Source of the DNA: Butyricicoccaceae bacterium | GTDB lineage: Bacteria > Bacillota > Clostridia > Oscillospirales > Butyricicoccaceae | Assembly (NCBI GenBank): GCA_052289195.1 | Contig: DAWAJD010000005.1 | Location: 12,537 to 76,536, forward strand | Reading direction: 5' to 3' | DNA: 64,000 bases | Shown: positions 23,753-32,874 of the stretch, one piece after another | Position numbering within the stretch: position 1 is the first letter of the stretch | Layout: each line of letters starts with the position of its first letter | The notes under the pieces: model-generated | Databases searched by the model: none | What the model saw: the letters and a program-made list of their open reading frames with translations, nothing else | Told to the model about the DNA's origin: nothing | Translations under genes and position numbers: made by a program

Positions 23753-24576
23753 AGCTGCTGCGCTCCAAGCTGTTTTGGTTCACTGCGCTGCTGGTGGCGG
23801 TCTGTCTGGCGCTGATGCTCTGGTCCGGCGTCACCGGAAAGCCGTCGTTTCTGTCCAACATCACCGGCGCGGTGGTGACGCCGCTGCAGAACGGGCTTTC
23901 CCGGGCGGCGGACTGGTTCGGCGATCTGTTTGGCTATTTTTACCGCTACGACGCGCTGGTGGCGGAAAACGAAGATCTGAAGGAGCAGCTCCGGCAATAT
24001 CAGGCGCTGGAGGACCGTTATTACGCCTCCGTGGACCAGAATACGGCCCTGCGGGAGGCGGCTGGCATCAAAAAACGCCACGCGGATTATGAGCTGGAGC
24101 TTTGCGCCGTGGTCTCCGTGGCGGGCAGCGGCTTTCAGAGCGCTCTTACCCTCAGCCGGGGCAGCCTGGCGGGCATCGAAGAGGGCGATCCGGTGATCAC
24201 CGGAGACGGGCTGGTGGGCTTTGTCTCTGAGGTGGGGTCGAATTACTGCACCGTCACCACCGTCATCAATGCAGATTTTACCGCTGCGGCCATGGTCTCC
24301 CGTACCCGGGAGGTGGTGGTCACGGAGGGAAGCTTTGAGCTGGCGGCGGAGGGGTCGCTGAAGGTGGCCTATCTGGAAAACGATGCGGATCTGGTCCCTG
24401 GCGACCGGATCATCACCAGCGGCGGAGCCTATCCGCCGGAGCTGATCATCGGGACGGTCCGCTCCGTCCAGCCGGAGCGCCACGGCGTGTGCAGCTATGC
24501 CGCGCTGGAGCCGGCGGTGGCGCTGGATTCCCTGAGCACAGTGTTTGTCATTAAAGATTTTGATGTGGAGAGCTGA
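23749..24576 (+). CDS. mreC: Rod shape-determining protein MreC
   Basis: The ATG at 23749 overlaps the maf stop. It has an N-terminal TM segment, a coiled coil (ENEDLKEQLRQYQ) and a beta-rich C-terminus (VITGDGLVGFVSEV, DRIITSG). It lies upstream of mreD. Confidence 0.85.
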   Translation: MKLLRSKLFWFTALLVAVCLALMLWSGVTGKPSFLSNITGAVVTPLQNGLSRAADWFGDLFGYFYRYDALVAENEDLKEQLRQYQALEDRYYASVDQNTALREAAGIKKRHADYELELCAVVSVAGSGFQSALTLSRGSLAGIEEGDPVITGDGLVGFVSEVGSNYCTVTTVINADFTAAAMVSRTREVVVTEGSFELAAEGSLKVAYLENDADLVPGDRIITSGGAYPPELIIGTVRSVQPERHGVCSYAALEPAVALDSLSTVFVIKDFDVES

Positions 24577-24579
24577 ACC

Positions 24580-25104
24580 ATGCTGCAATCCCGTTCCCAG
24601 CGTTATGCCTTGTTGAAATACGGCGGCTACGCCCTGCTTTTGCTGGGCGTGTTTCTGCTGCAGTCCTCCCGGGGGACGGCGCTTTTTCTCTGGGGCGCTT
24701 CGCCCAATGCGCTGCCCTTTTTTTTGGCGGCGGTGGCGCTGGTGGAGGGGCCCTATGCCGGCGGCAGCTTCGGCTTTGTCTGCGGTATGCTGCTGACGCT
24801 GAACAGCACCGGGCTGGAGGGGCTGCAGGCGCTGTATCTGGCGCTGTTTGGCGTGCTGTTTGGCCTGTTCGGCGCGGAATATCTTCGTCCGGTGATCCCC
24901 TCGGCCCTCGCCGGAGGGCTGCTTTGCCTGGGGATCCAGGCGGTGTTCCGCTATGTTTTTGTTTATCTGCTGATCTATCGCGCCGGCCCCGGCTATGCTC
25001 TGCGCCAATTCTGCGGCGAGCTGCTTTTGTCGCTGCCGCTGGGAGCGGCGGTCTGGCTGGCGGTCCGGCGGATCCACCGGCGCTTTACGGAGGAGACCCT
25101 ATGA
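24580..25104 (+). CDS. mreD: Rod shape-determining protein MreD
   Basis: 174 aa, polytopic hydrophobic protein. It sits directly between mreC and the PBP2 gene with overlapping stop and start. Confidence 0.7.
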   Translation: MLQSRSQRYALLKYGGYALLLLGVFLLQSSRGTALFLWGASPNALPFFLAAVALVEGPYAGGSFGFVCGMLLTLNSTGLEGLQALYLALFGVLFGLFGAEYLRPVIPSALAGGLLCLGIQAVFRYVFVYLLIYRAGPGYALRQFCGELLLSLPLGAAVWLAVRRIHRRFTEETL

Positions 25105-27164
25105 GCACCCGTTCCCGCCGTATTCTGGCCATGTGCGTTTTGCTGATGCTGCTGCTGAGCGGCATCACCTACCGCCTGATCCAGCTGCAGCTGGTGGAGG
25201 GCGGCGAGATTTCTCAGGAGGTCAACGCCAACATCATCCGAAAATATACCGAGCCTGCCTCCCGGGGCGAGATCCTGGATGCGGACGGCAATGTTCTTGC
25301 GGGCAACGCGCTGGGCTTTTCCGTTCAGGTGGATTATTATAATTGGGATAAGGAGCAGCAGAACGAAGTTTTGCAGAAGCTCTGGACGCTGCTCTCTGCA
25401 GCGAGCATCCCCTGCAACGATGTGCTGCCTCTGACCACCGACTGGCCCACCCGCTACACCTACGATTCTCTGGAAAGCGGCGCGGGCAAAAAGCTGGCCG
25501 CCTTTATGGAGGCGCGGGAATGGGGCACGCCGGAGACGGTGAACGCCGGTCGGCTGCTCAATCTTCTCTGCGAATACTATGCGCTGGACCCTAACCTGCC
25601 GCTGGAGGAGCGCCGCCATCTCATCGGCCTGCGCTATTATCTGGACGACTGCCAGTTTTCCGCCTATAATACGCCGCTGACGCTGGCGCCCAGCGTGGAG
25701 ATCTCCGTGGTGGCGGAGCTGGCGGAATATGCCGGCGAGCTGCCGGGCGTGGAGGTTCAGGTGGTGGACAGCCGCAAATATCCCACCACGCTGGCGACCC
25801 ATGTGCTGGGGCGGATCGGCTCCATTGACCGGGAGGAATATGAAGCGCTGAAGGAGAAGGATTACAGCCTGAACGATGTGCTGGGCAAAAACGGCATGGA
25901 GAAGGCGCTGGAGACCTATCTGCGGGGGGAGGACGGCGTCCGGGCCGTGGAGGTGGACCGCAGGACCGGCCAGGTGGTGACGGAATATATGGTGGAGGAG
26001 ACCCAGCCGGGCAACGATTGCTATCTCACCATCCGCTCCGATCTGCAGCAGCGGGCGGAGACTGCGCTGGCGGAGACGCTGGCCTCCATTAAGGAAAAGG
26101 GTGCGCAGTCCAAGAACAAGGACGGCGCCGATGTGGAGGGAGGCGCGGTGGTGGTGCTTCAGGTGGACACCGGCGAGGTGCTTGCCATGGCAAGCTGGCC
26201 CACCTACAGTCTGGCCACCTTTCAGGCGGACTACTCGCAGAATGCCACCGATCCCCTGCGCCCCTTCTGGAACCGGGCGGCACAGGGCACCTATTCTCCC
26301 GGCTCCACCTTCAAGATGGCCACCGCGTTGGCTTCGCTGGAGGAGGGCATCATCACGCCCCGCACCAAGATCACCGACAAGGGCCGCTATGAGCGCTACA
26401 GCGATTATCAGCCCAAGTGCTGGATCTACCGGCAGCACGGCCGCACCCACGGCACCATCAATGTGAGCGAGGCGCTGAAATATTCCTGCAACTATTTCTT
26501 TTATGAGATGGGCTATCAGCTGGGCATCGAGCGGCTGGAACGCTATGCCTCGCAGCTGGGTCTGGGGCAGCGCACCGGCATCGAGATCGAGGAGAACGCC
26601 GGCATTCTGGCCGGGCCGGAGGAGCGGGAGGCCCGGGGCGGTGCGCCATGGTATCCCGCCGATGTGCTCATGGCGGCCATCGGACAGGGGGATCATCTGT
26701 TTTCCCCTCTGCAGCTGGCCAACTATGTGGCAACGCTGGTCAACGGCGGCACACGCTACCGGCCCCATCTGCTGAAAAAGATCACGGATTACACCAACAC
26801 CAAAACGCTGCTGGAGATTCAGCCCACCGTTTTGAACACCGTGGACATCTCCGATGCCTCGCTGGAGGCCATCAAGCAGGGAATGAAGGGCGTCGTTACC
26901 GAAGACGGCACCGCCAGCTCCTATTTCCGGGATTTCCCCATCAGCGTCGGCGGCAAGACCGGCTCCGCACAGATGGTGAACCATAGCGCCACCGGCGTGT
27001 TCGTTTCCTTCGCCCCCTATGATGAGCCGGAGATCGCCGTTTGCGTGGTGGGAGAATATGCATCCTCCGGCGGCAGCCTGGCTCCCGTTGCCATTGCCAT
27101 TTACGATGAATATTTTGGCTTGGGCCTTTCTTCTGCGGAGCGCGAAGGAGAATCCGTCAATTAG
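25101..27164 (+). CDS. mrdA: Penicillin-binding protein 2 (class B transpeptidase)
   Basis: The ATG at 25101 overlaps the mreD stop. It has an N-terminal TM segment. The transpeptidase motifs are STFK (PGSTFKMA), SxN (KYSCN) and KTG (GGKTGSAQ). Confidence 0.88.
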   Translation: MSTRSRRILAMCVLLMLLLSGITYRLIQLQLVEGGEISQEVNANIIRKYTEPASRGEILDADGNVLAGNALGFSVQVDYYNWDKEQQNEVLQKLWTLLSAASIPCNDVLPLTTDWPTRYTYDSLESGAGKKLAAFMEAREWGTPETVNAGRLLNLLCEYYALDPNLPLEERRHLIGLRYYLDDCQFSAYNTPLTLAPSVEISVVAELAEYAGELPGVEVQVVDSRKYPTTLATHVLGRIGSIDREEYEALKEKDYSLNDVLGKNGMEKALETYLRGEDGVRAVEVDRRTGQVVTEYMVEETQPGNDCYLTIRSDLQQRAETALAETLASIKEKGAQSKNKDGADVEGGAVVVLQVDTGEVLAMASWPTYSLATFQADYSQNATDPLRPFWNRAAQGTYSPGSTFKMATALASLEEGIITPRTKITDKGRYERYSDYQPKCWIYRQHGRTHGTINVSEALKYSCNYFFYEMGYQLGIERLERYASQLGLGQRTGIEIEENAGILAGPEEREARGGAPWYPADVLMAAIGQGDHLFSPLQLANYVATLVNGGTRYRPHLLKKITDYTNTKTLLEIQPTVLNTVDISDASLEAIKQGMKGVVTEDGTASSYFRDFPISVGGKTGSAQMVNHSATGVFVSFAPYDEPEIAVCVVGEYASSGGSLAPVAIAIYDEYFGLGLSSAEREGESVN

Positions 27165-27267
27165 ACTGTATAACTCCAAAAAGATTCTGCATTTTGACTC
27201 TTGAGATTTTTCAAAAAAGCGTTTATACTATATTATTGGTAAAATATTCAGCGAAAGGACGGGCGCT

Positions 27268-28032
27268 ATGGGCTGTGTCATTGCGGTGGCCTCCGGCAAG
27301 GGCGGGACGGGGAAGACCTCCTTCTGCGCCAATGTTGCCGTCTCCCTGTGCGCCCTGGGCGAAAAGGTCCTGCTCATCGATGCAGATTCCGGGCTGCGCA
27401 GTCTGGATCTGGTGCTTGGTATGAGCGACAGCCTGCTGTTTTCCTATGGCGATGTGATCCGGGGCAACGCCGGCCTGAAGGAGGCGGCCGTGCCCCATCC
27501 GGAGGTGAGCAGCCTGCGGGTGCTGACGGCGCCGGGCCAGCCTGGCGTGGGCGAGATCTATGCGCCAAAGGATATTACAGCGCTGCTGCAGCGGGCCCGG
27601 GCCCATTTTACCTTTACGCTGGTGGACTGCGCCGCGGGGCTGGGCAGCGATGTGCTTTCCTTTGCCGCCGCGGCAGACCGGGCTGTCATCGTCTCCACCT
27701 CGGATTATACCGCCCTGCGGGGCGCGCAGAGCACGGCCAGCGTCTTTTCCCGCATCGGGCAGGACCGCTGCGCCATCGTGGTCAACCGGCTGCGGCCGGG
27801 CATGATCCAGCAGGGCTCTGCCGCCAATGTGGACCGGGCGATGGACGCCTCCGGGCTGTCTCTTTTGGGCGTGGTCCCGGAGGACGAGAGCGTCATTGCC
27901 TGCGGCAACCGGGGGAAGATCCTGGCGCTGGAGGATTATGGCGCGGCAGCGCAGGCTTATATGAATATTGCGAAACGGCTCCTTGGCCGGCGGGTCCGCC
28001 TGTTGGACCAGATCCCGGGAAAATGGAGCTGA
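27268..28032 (+). CDS. minD: MinD-type septum site-determining ATPase
   Basis: 254 aa. It has the deviant Walker A SGKGGTGKTS, LLIDADSGLRSLDLVLGM and GVVPEDESV. No minC or minE lies adjacent. Confidence 0.78.
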   Translation: MGCVIAVASGKGGTGKTSFCANVAVSLCALGEKVLLIDADSGLRSLDLVLGMSDSLLFSYGDVIRGNAGLKEAAVPHPEVSSLRVLTAPGQPGVGEIYAPKDITALLQRARAHFTFTLVDCAAGLGSDVLSFAAAADRAVIVSTSDYTALRGAQSTASVFSRIGQDRCAIVVNRLRPGMIQQGSAANVDRAMDASGLSLLGVVPEDESVIACGNRGKILALEDYGAAAQAYMNIAKRLLGRRVRLLDQIPGKWS

Positions 28033-28087
28033 AGAAATAAAGAAAAGGCCGAAACAGGCGGCCTGAGGACACAGATAAGGAGGAACC

Positions 28088-28495
28088 ATGAATATCGCGA
28101 TCATTGCGCAAAACCGGAAAAAGGAACTGATGGTGCAGTTTTGCATCGCTTACTGCGGCCTTCTGGCCAAGCATAATCTCTGCGCCACCGCAACTACAGG
28201 CAAAATGATCATGGACGCCACGGGACTGAAGATCGACTGCCTGCTGCCCGGCTCCACCGGCGGCGAACAGCAGATCGCGGCCCGGGTCTCTTATAACGAG
28301 ATCGACCTGGTGTTCTTCTTCCGGGATCCGCTGGAAAAATATCAGAACGACGCGCAGATCAACGATCTGCTGCGCTCCTGCGACCAGAACTGCATCCCTG
28401 TCGCCACCAATGTGGCCACGGCGGAGGTCCTGATCCAGGGGCTGGCCAGAGGGGATCTGGCCTGGCGGGAGATCAACCCCAACGCCACCTTCTGA
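28088..28495 (+). CDS. mgsA: Methylglyoxal synthase
   Basis: 135 aa. IAIIAQNRKK..., ATATTG and VFFFRDPL are typical of MgsA. Confidence 0.88.
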   Translation: MNIAIIAQNRKKELMVQFCIAYCGLLAKHNLCATATTGKMIMDATGLKIDCLLPGSTGGEQQIAARVSYNEIDLVFFFRDPLEKYQNDAQINDLLRSCDQNCIPVATNVATAEVLIQGLARGDLAWREINPNATF

Positions 28496-28509
28496 CCGCC
28501 GGAAGGGCC

Positions 28510-28795
28510 TTGACTTTTCAAGGGTTCCATGCCATAATGAACCGTGTTCCGCGAAGAGGGAGCAGGAGTACGCAAGGGCCGCGCCCACAGGGAAGGATGC
28601 CTGAGACTGGAAGCATCCGGCAGACGGGCCTTGCGGAAGACAGCGCCGGAGCGGGCGCATAAGGCAGCTTTGCCGAAAGCGCGGCAGGCCCCGCCGCCAT
28701 GGGGCAGAAAAAAGGGCGCGTTTGCGCCGAACATGGGTGGCACCACGAAGCGAAGCTCGCTCTCGTCCCATTGCAGGGACGGGAGCGTTTTTTTA
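28510..28795 (+). promoter_or_regulatory. Promoter plus T-box leader (probably His-specific) with intrinsic terminator, controlling hisS-aspS
   Basis: The promoter is TTGACT (28510-28515), a 17-nt spacer, then CATAAT (28533-28538). The conserved T-box sequence AACATGGGTGGCACCACG lies at about 28730-28747. The terminator is GCTCTCGTCCC-ATTGCA-GGGACGGGAGC followed by TTTTTTT (28757-28795). A possible specifier is CAC followed by A (in GCCCACAGGG). Confidence 0.8.
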
Positions 28796-28855
28796 GACGA
28801 ATTTCCGGATTTTTTGTAATATTTTGATATTTGAATACAGAAAGGAATCAGAATT

Positions 28856-30214
28856 ATGGAGAAGATCAAGCCCCGCACCCTCTCCGGCTTCATGGAGCTG
28901 CTGCCTGCCCGGCAGATGCAGATGGAGCGCTTTTTGCAGGTGCTGCGGGAGACCTACAGCCTTTATGGCTTCACACCGCTGGACACGCCGGTGATCGAGG
29001 CGGCGGAGGTCCTGCTGGCCAAGGGCGGCGGCGAAACGGAAAAGCAGATCTACCGCTTTGAAAAGGGCGGCAGCGATCTGGCACTGCGCTTTGACCTGAC
29101 GGTGCCGCTGGCCAAATATGTGGCCCAGAATTACGGCGTCCTCAGCTTTCCCTTCCGCCGGTTCCAGATCGGCAAGGTCTACCGGGGCGAACGGGCTCAG
29201 CGGGGCCGGTTCCGGGAGTTTTATCAGGCGGATATCGATGTGATCGGCGACGGCCAGCTGGACATCGTCAACGAGGCGGAGATCCCCGCCATTATTTACC
29301 GGACCTTTACAGCCCTTGGGCTGCAGCGGTTTCAGATCCGCGTCAACAACCGGAAGATCCTGGGCGGCTTTTATTCCATGCTGGGCCTTGGCGAAAAGGC
29401 CGGCGACATCATGCGCACGGTGGACAAGTTGGAAAAGATCGGGCCGGAGAAGGTCACGGAGATCCTGACGGAGGATCTGGGCGTCTCAGACGCCGATGCG
29501 GAGGCCATTTTGTCCTTCATTTCCATCCGCGGCTCCAACGGACAGGTGCTGGAGGCGCTGGAGGCCTGGCGCGGCCGGGACGCGCTGTTTGATCAGGGCC
29601 TGGAGGAGCTGAAGGCCGTTGCGGGCTATCTCAGCGCCTTTGGCGTTCCCGAGCGCAATTTTGCCGTGGATCTGACCATCGCCCGGGGCCTGGATTATTA
29701 TACCGGCACCGTCTATGAGACCGCCATGCTGGATCATCCGGAGATCGGCTCCATCTGCTCCGGCGGCCGCTACGATAATCTGGCGGAATATTACACTGAC
29801 AAAAAGCTCCCCGGCGTGGGCATCTCCATCGGCGTGACCCGGCTGTTTTATGTGCTGGAGGAGCAGGGGATGCTCAGCGACCAGATGGTCACCGCGCCGG
29901 CGGATGTGCTGGTGATCCCCATGTCCGATGATCTGCAGGCCGCCATCCAGACGGCCACCGCCCTGCGGGACGCGGGCATCCGCACCCAGCTTTATACCGA
30001 AAAGAAAAAGTTCAAGGCCCGCATCGGCTATGCCGCAAAGCTGGGCATTCCCTACGCCGTTTTCCTGGGGGAGGACGAGATCGCGCAGGGCGTGGTCAGC
30101 TGCAAGGACCTTGCCGCCGGCCAGCAGCAGACGCTGCCCGTGGAGCAGCTAATCCCCCAGCTGAAGGCCGCGCTGGCCGCCCGCAGCAGCGGAACGGTGA
30201 TCCGGGAAGACTGA
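28856..30214 (+). CDS. hisS: Histidine--tRNA ligase
   Basis: 452 aa with class II motifs: LRFDLTVPLAKY, FRRFQIGKVYRGERAQRGRFREFYQ and GGGRYDNL. Confidence 0.93.
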   Translation: MEKIKPRTLSGFMELLPARQMQMERFLQVLRETYSLYGFTPLDTPVIEAAEVLLAKGGGETEKQIYRFEKGGSDLALRFDLTVPLAKYVAQNYGVLSFPFRRFQIGKVYRGERAQRGRFREFYQADIDVIGDGQLDIVNEAEIPAIIYRTFTALGLQRFQIRVNNRKILGGFYSMLGLGEKAGDIMRTVDKLEKIGPEKVTEILTEDLGVSDADAEAILSFISIRGSNGQVLEALEAWRGRDALFDQGLEELKAVAGYLSAFGVPERNFAVDLTIARGLDYYTGTVYETAMLDHPEIGSICSGGRYDNLAEYYTDKKLPGVGISIGVTRLFYVLEEQGMLSDQMVTAPADVLVIPMSDDLQAAIQTATALRDAGIRTQLYTEKKKFKARIGYAAKLGIPYAVFLGEDEIAQGVVSCKDLAAGQQQTLPVEQLIPQLKAALAARSSGTVIRED

Positions 30215-30256
30215 CATTGGAATATCAAAAAAACAGAACATAGGAGTGGAACAGTT

Positions 30257-32029
30257 ATGATGCAATCCAGAACCCATACCTGCGGCGAGCTGCGGCTGGC
30301 CAATGCGGGCCAGACGGTGACGCTGGCCGGCTTTATGGAAAATGTCCGCGAGGTGGGCGGAAGCCTGGCCTTTGTGGTGCTGCGGGACTTTTACGGCACG
30401 ACCCAGCTTTTGGTGGAGGACGCCGCGCTGCTGGCCCAGATCAAGGGCCTGAACAAGGAAACGACCCTGCAGGTCACCGGCGTGGTGCGGGAGCGCTCCA
30501 GCAAAAATCCCAAGCTGCCCACCGGCGAGATCGAGGTCGTCCCCTCCGAGATTCGCGTTTTGGGCCGCTGCCGCAACAACGAGCTGCCCTTTGAGATCAA
30601 TCACAGCCGGGAGGCCGACGAGACCCAGCGGCTGAAATACCGCTATCTGGACCTGCGCAACCCCGCCGTCAAGGGCAATATCATCCTGCGCTGCCAGGTG
30701 GTGGCCGCCATCCGCAAGGCCATGATGGACCATGATTTCCTGGAGATCACCACCCCCATCCTCACCGCCTCCTCTCCCGAGGGCGCCCGGGACTATCTGG
30801 TTCCCGCACGGAAGCATCCCGGCAAGTTTTATGCCCTGCCCCAGGCACCCCAGCAGTTCAAGCAGCTGCTGATGGCCTCCGGCTTCGACCGTTATTTCCA
30901 GATCGCGCCCTGCTTCCGGGATGAGGACGCCCGGGGCGACCGCTCTCCCGGCGAGTTTTATCAGCTGGATATGGAGATGGCCTTCGCCACGCAGGAGGAT
31001 GTGTTCTCCGTCATCGAGGATGTCTTCCCCCCCATCTTTGCAAAATACGGCAAGTACAATATTGCCTCCCAGCCGCCCTTCCGCCGCATCGCCTACAATG
31101 ACGCGCTGGAGCTTTACGGCTCCGACAAGCCTGATCTGCGCATCGATCTTCTGATCCAGGACGCCACGGCGCTGCTCTCCGGCTGCGGCTTCGGCCCCTT
31201 CGAGGGCAATACGGTGAAGGCCGTAGTGGTCACGGATTTCTCCGCCACCCGCAAGCACATCGACGCTCTGTGCAATGATGTGGAGGTCCAGGCCGGCAGC
31301 AAGCCCTACTGGTTCCGCTATGATGAGACCGGCGAGATCGTGGGCGGCATCGCCAAGTTCATCGCGCCCATCAAGGATCAGGTGGTGGAAGCGCTGGGCC
31401 TGAAGCCCGGCTGCTTCGTGGGTCTGGCCGCAGGCAAGAAGTCTGCCGCCCAGAAGACCGCCGGCGTCCTGCGCAATAAGCTGGGCGCGCTCTGCCCCAA
31501 CCATATGGACAGGGAGCGCTATGCGTTCTGCTGGATCGTGGATTTCCCCATGTATGAGATCGGCGAGGAATCTGGCCAGCTGGAGTTTTGCCACAATCCC
31601 TTCTCCATGCCCAAGGGCGGCATCGAGCCGCTGCTGCAGGCGGAGCGGGGCCAGCTGGATCCTCTGACCATCACTGCGGATCAGTATGATCTGGTGGTCA
31701 ACGGCGTGGAGCTTTCCTCCGGCGCGGTCCGCAACCACGATCCCGAGATCATGATCAAGGCCTTTGAAATGGTCCGTCTGGGCGAGGAGGATGTGAAGTC
31801 CAAATTCCCCGCCATGTATAACGCCTTCTGCTACGGCGCACCGCCGCACGCGGGCATCGCCCCCGGCATCGACCGGATCGTCATGCTGCTGGCCGGAGAG
31901 GATTCCATCCGGGAGATCATTCCCTTCCCCATGAACAAAAACGCGCAGGATATCATGATGGGCGCGCCCTCCGAGGTGACGCAGAAGCAGCTGGATGAGC
32001 TGCATCTGAAGATCGAGCTGGGAGAATAA
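30257..32029 (+). CDS. aspS: Aspartate--tRNA ligase (bacterial type)
   Basis: 590 aa with an OB-fold N-terminus. Motifs are FLEITTPIL, QSPQ-like LPQAPQQFKQLLM, FQIAPCFRDED and GLDRIVMLL-like GIDRIVMLL. Confidence 0.95.
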   Translation: MMQSRTHTCGELRLANAGQTVTLAGFMENVREVGGSLAFVVLRDFYGTTQLLVEDAALLAQIKGLNKETTLQVTGVVRERSSKNPKLPTGEIEVVPSEIRVLGRCRNNELPFEINHSREADETQRLKYRYLDLRNPAVKGNIILRCQVVAAIRKAMMDHDFLEITTPILTASSPEGARDYLVPARKHPGKFYALPQAPQQFKQLLMASGFDRYFQIAPCFRDEDARGDRSPGEFYQLDMEMAFATQEDVFSVIEDVFPPIFAKYGKYNIASQPPFRRIAYNDALELYGSDKPDLRIDLLIQDATALLSGCGFGPFEGNTVKAVVVTDFSATRKHIDALCNDVEVQAGSKPYWFRYDETGEIVGGIAKFIAPIKDQVVEALGLKPGCFVGLAAGKKSAAQKTAGVLRNKLGALCPNHMDRERYAFCWIVDFPMYEIGEESGQLEFCHNPFSMPKGGIEPLLQAERGQLDPLTITADQYDLVVNGVELSSGAVRNHDPEIMIKAFEMVRLGEEDVKSKFPAMYNAFCYGAPPHAGIAPGIDRIVMLLAGEDSIREIIPFPMNKNAQDIMMGAPSEVTQKQLDELHLKIELGE

Positions 32030-32032
32030 GCC

Positions 32033-32479
32033 ATGAAGCGCGTGGAGCTGTATACCGACGGCAGCTGCAGCGGAAACCCCGGCCCCGGCGGCTGGGGGGC
32101 GATCCTGATCTATCAGGGGTTGGAAAAGGAGCTTTCCGGCGGCGCAGCCGCCACCACCAACAACCGCATGGAGCTTACCGGCGCAATTCAGGGCCTTGCC
32201 GCCCTGAAGGAGCCCTGCCAGGTGGAGCTTTATACCGACAGCCAGTATATCGCCTCCGCCATCAACCAGCATTGGCTGGAGAACTGGAAAAAACGGGGCT
32301 GGAGAAAGGCGGATAAGTCTCCCGTGCTCAATCAGGAGCTGTGGCAGCAGCTGGATGAGCAGCTGAGCCGCCATCAGGTGACCTTCCACTGGGTCAAGGG
32401 CCATGCGGATAATGTCTATAACAACCGCTGCGACGCGCTGGCCGTGGCCCAGACGCAGAAATACCGCTCCCTTCGCTGA
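32033..32479 (+). CDS. rnhA: Ribonuclease HI
   Basis: 148 aa. Motifs are [33 protein letters not shown] and [15 protein letters not shown]. Confidence 0.9.
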   Translation: MKRVELYTDGSCSGNPGPGGWGAILIYQGLEKELSGGAAATTNNRMELTGAIQGLAALKEPCQVELYTDSQYIASAINQHWLENWKKRGWRKADKSPVLNQELWQQLDEQLSRHQVTFHWVKGHADNVYNNRCDALAVAQTQKYRSLR

Positions 32480-32492
32480 AAAGGAGTCTTGT

Positions 32493-32630
32493 ATGCTGAC
32501 ACAATATACCGTAGACGCGTTTACCGATCAGGCCTTCCGGGGCGGAGAGCTGCTGTGCCGGATGGAGGGCGATACCGTCTGTCTGGCCGGCCGGGCCGCC
32601 CTTTACGCAAAGTCCGAGCTTTATCTTTAA
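32493..32630 (+). pseudogene. 45-codon remnant of a PhzF-family isomerase gene (N- and C-termini fused in frame)
   Basis: AAGGAG lies 7 nt upstream. MLTQYTVDAFTDQAFRG resembles a PhzF N-terminus. It is joined directly to GELLCRMEGDTVCLAGRAALYAKSELYL, which resembles a PhzF C-terminus. About 250 internal codons are missing. Confidence 0.5.
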
Positions 32631-32638
32631 GATGTCTC

Positions 32639-32675
32639 CGGCCGCCGCGGGGTGTTCTGCGGCGGCCGCTTTTTT
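32639..32675 (+). terminator. Rho-independent terminator
   Basis: CGGCCGCCGC (32639-32648) pairs with GCGGCGGCCG (32659-32668) and is followed by CTTTTTT. Confidence 0.7.
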
Positions 32676-32874
32676 GCGCCGGCCGGAAGGCTGCGGCGCC
32701 CGCCGGCGGGAGGGGCGGGAGATCCGGCAGAACGGGGCGGTTTTCGGCGGAAAAGCCTGAAAATTCACGGAAAAATTTACATTTGCCACTTGTAAAGGCC
32801 ACTAAAAAGGTGTATATTATACCTGAAATCAAAAGAACGGGCCCAAGGCCCGCCGAAAGGAGCAACACAACCCC

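Noticed and set aside
27268-28032. MinD-like ATPase as a ParA partition protein of a mobile element
   Set aside because: It is embedded in the conserved mreCD-PBP2-mgsA block, has genome-typical GC, and resembles MinD along its whole length. There is no parB and no mobile-element context.
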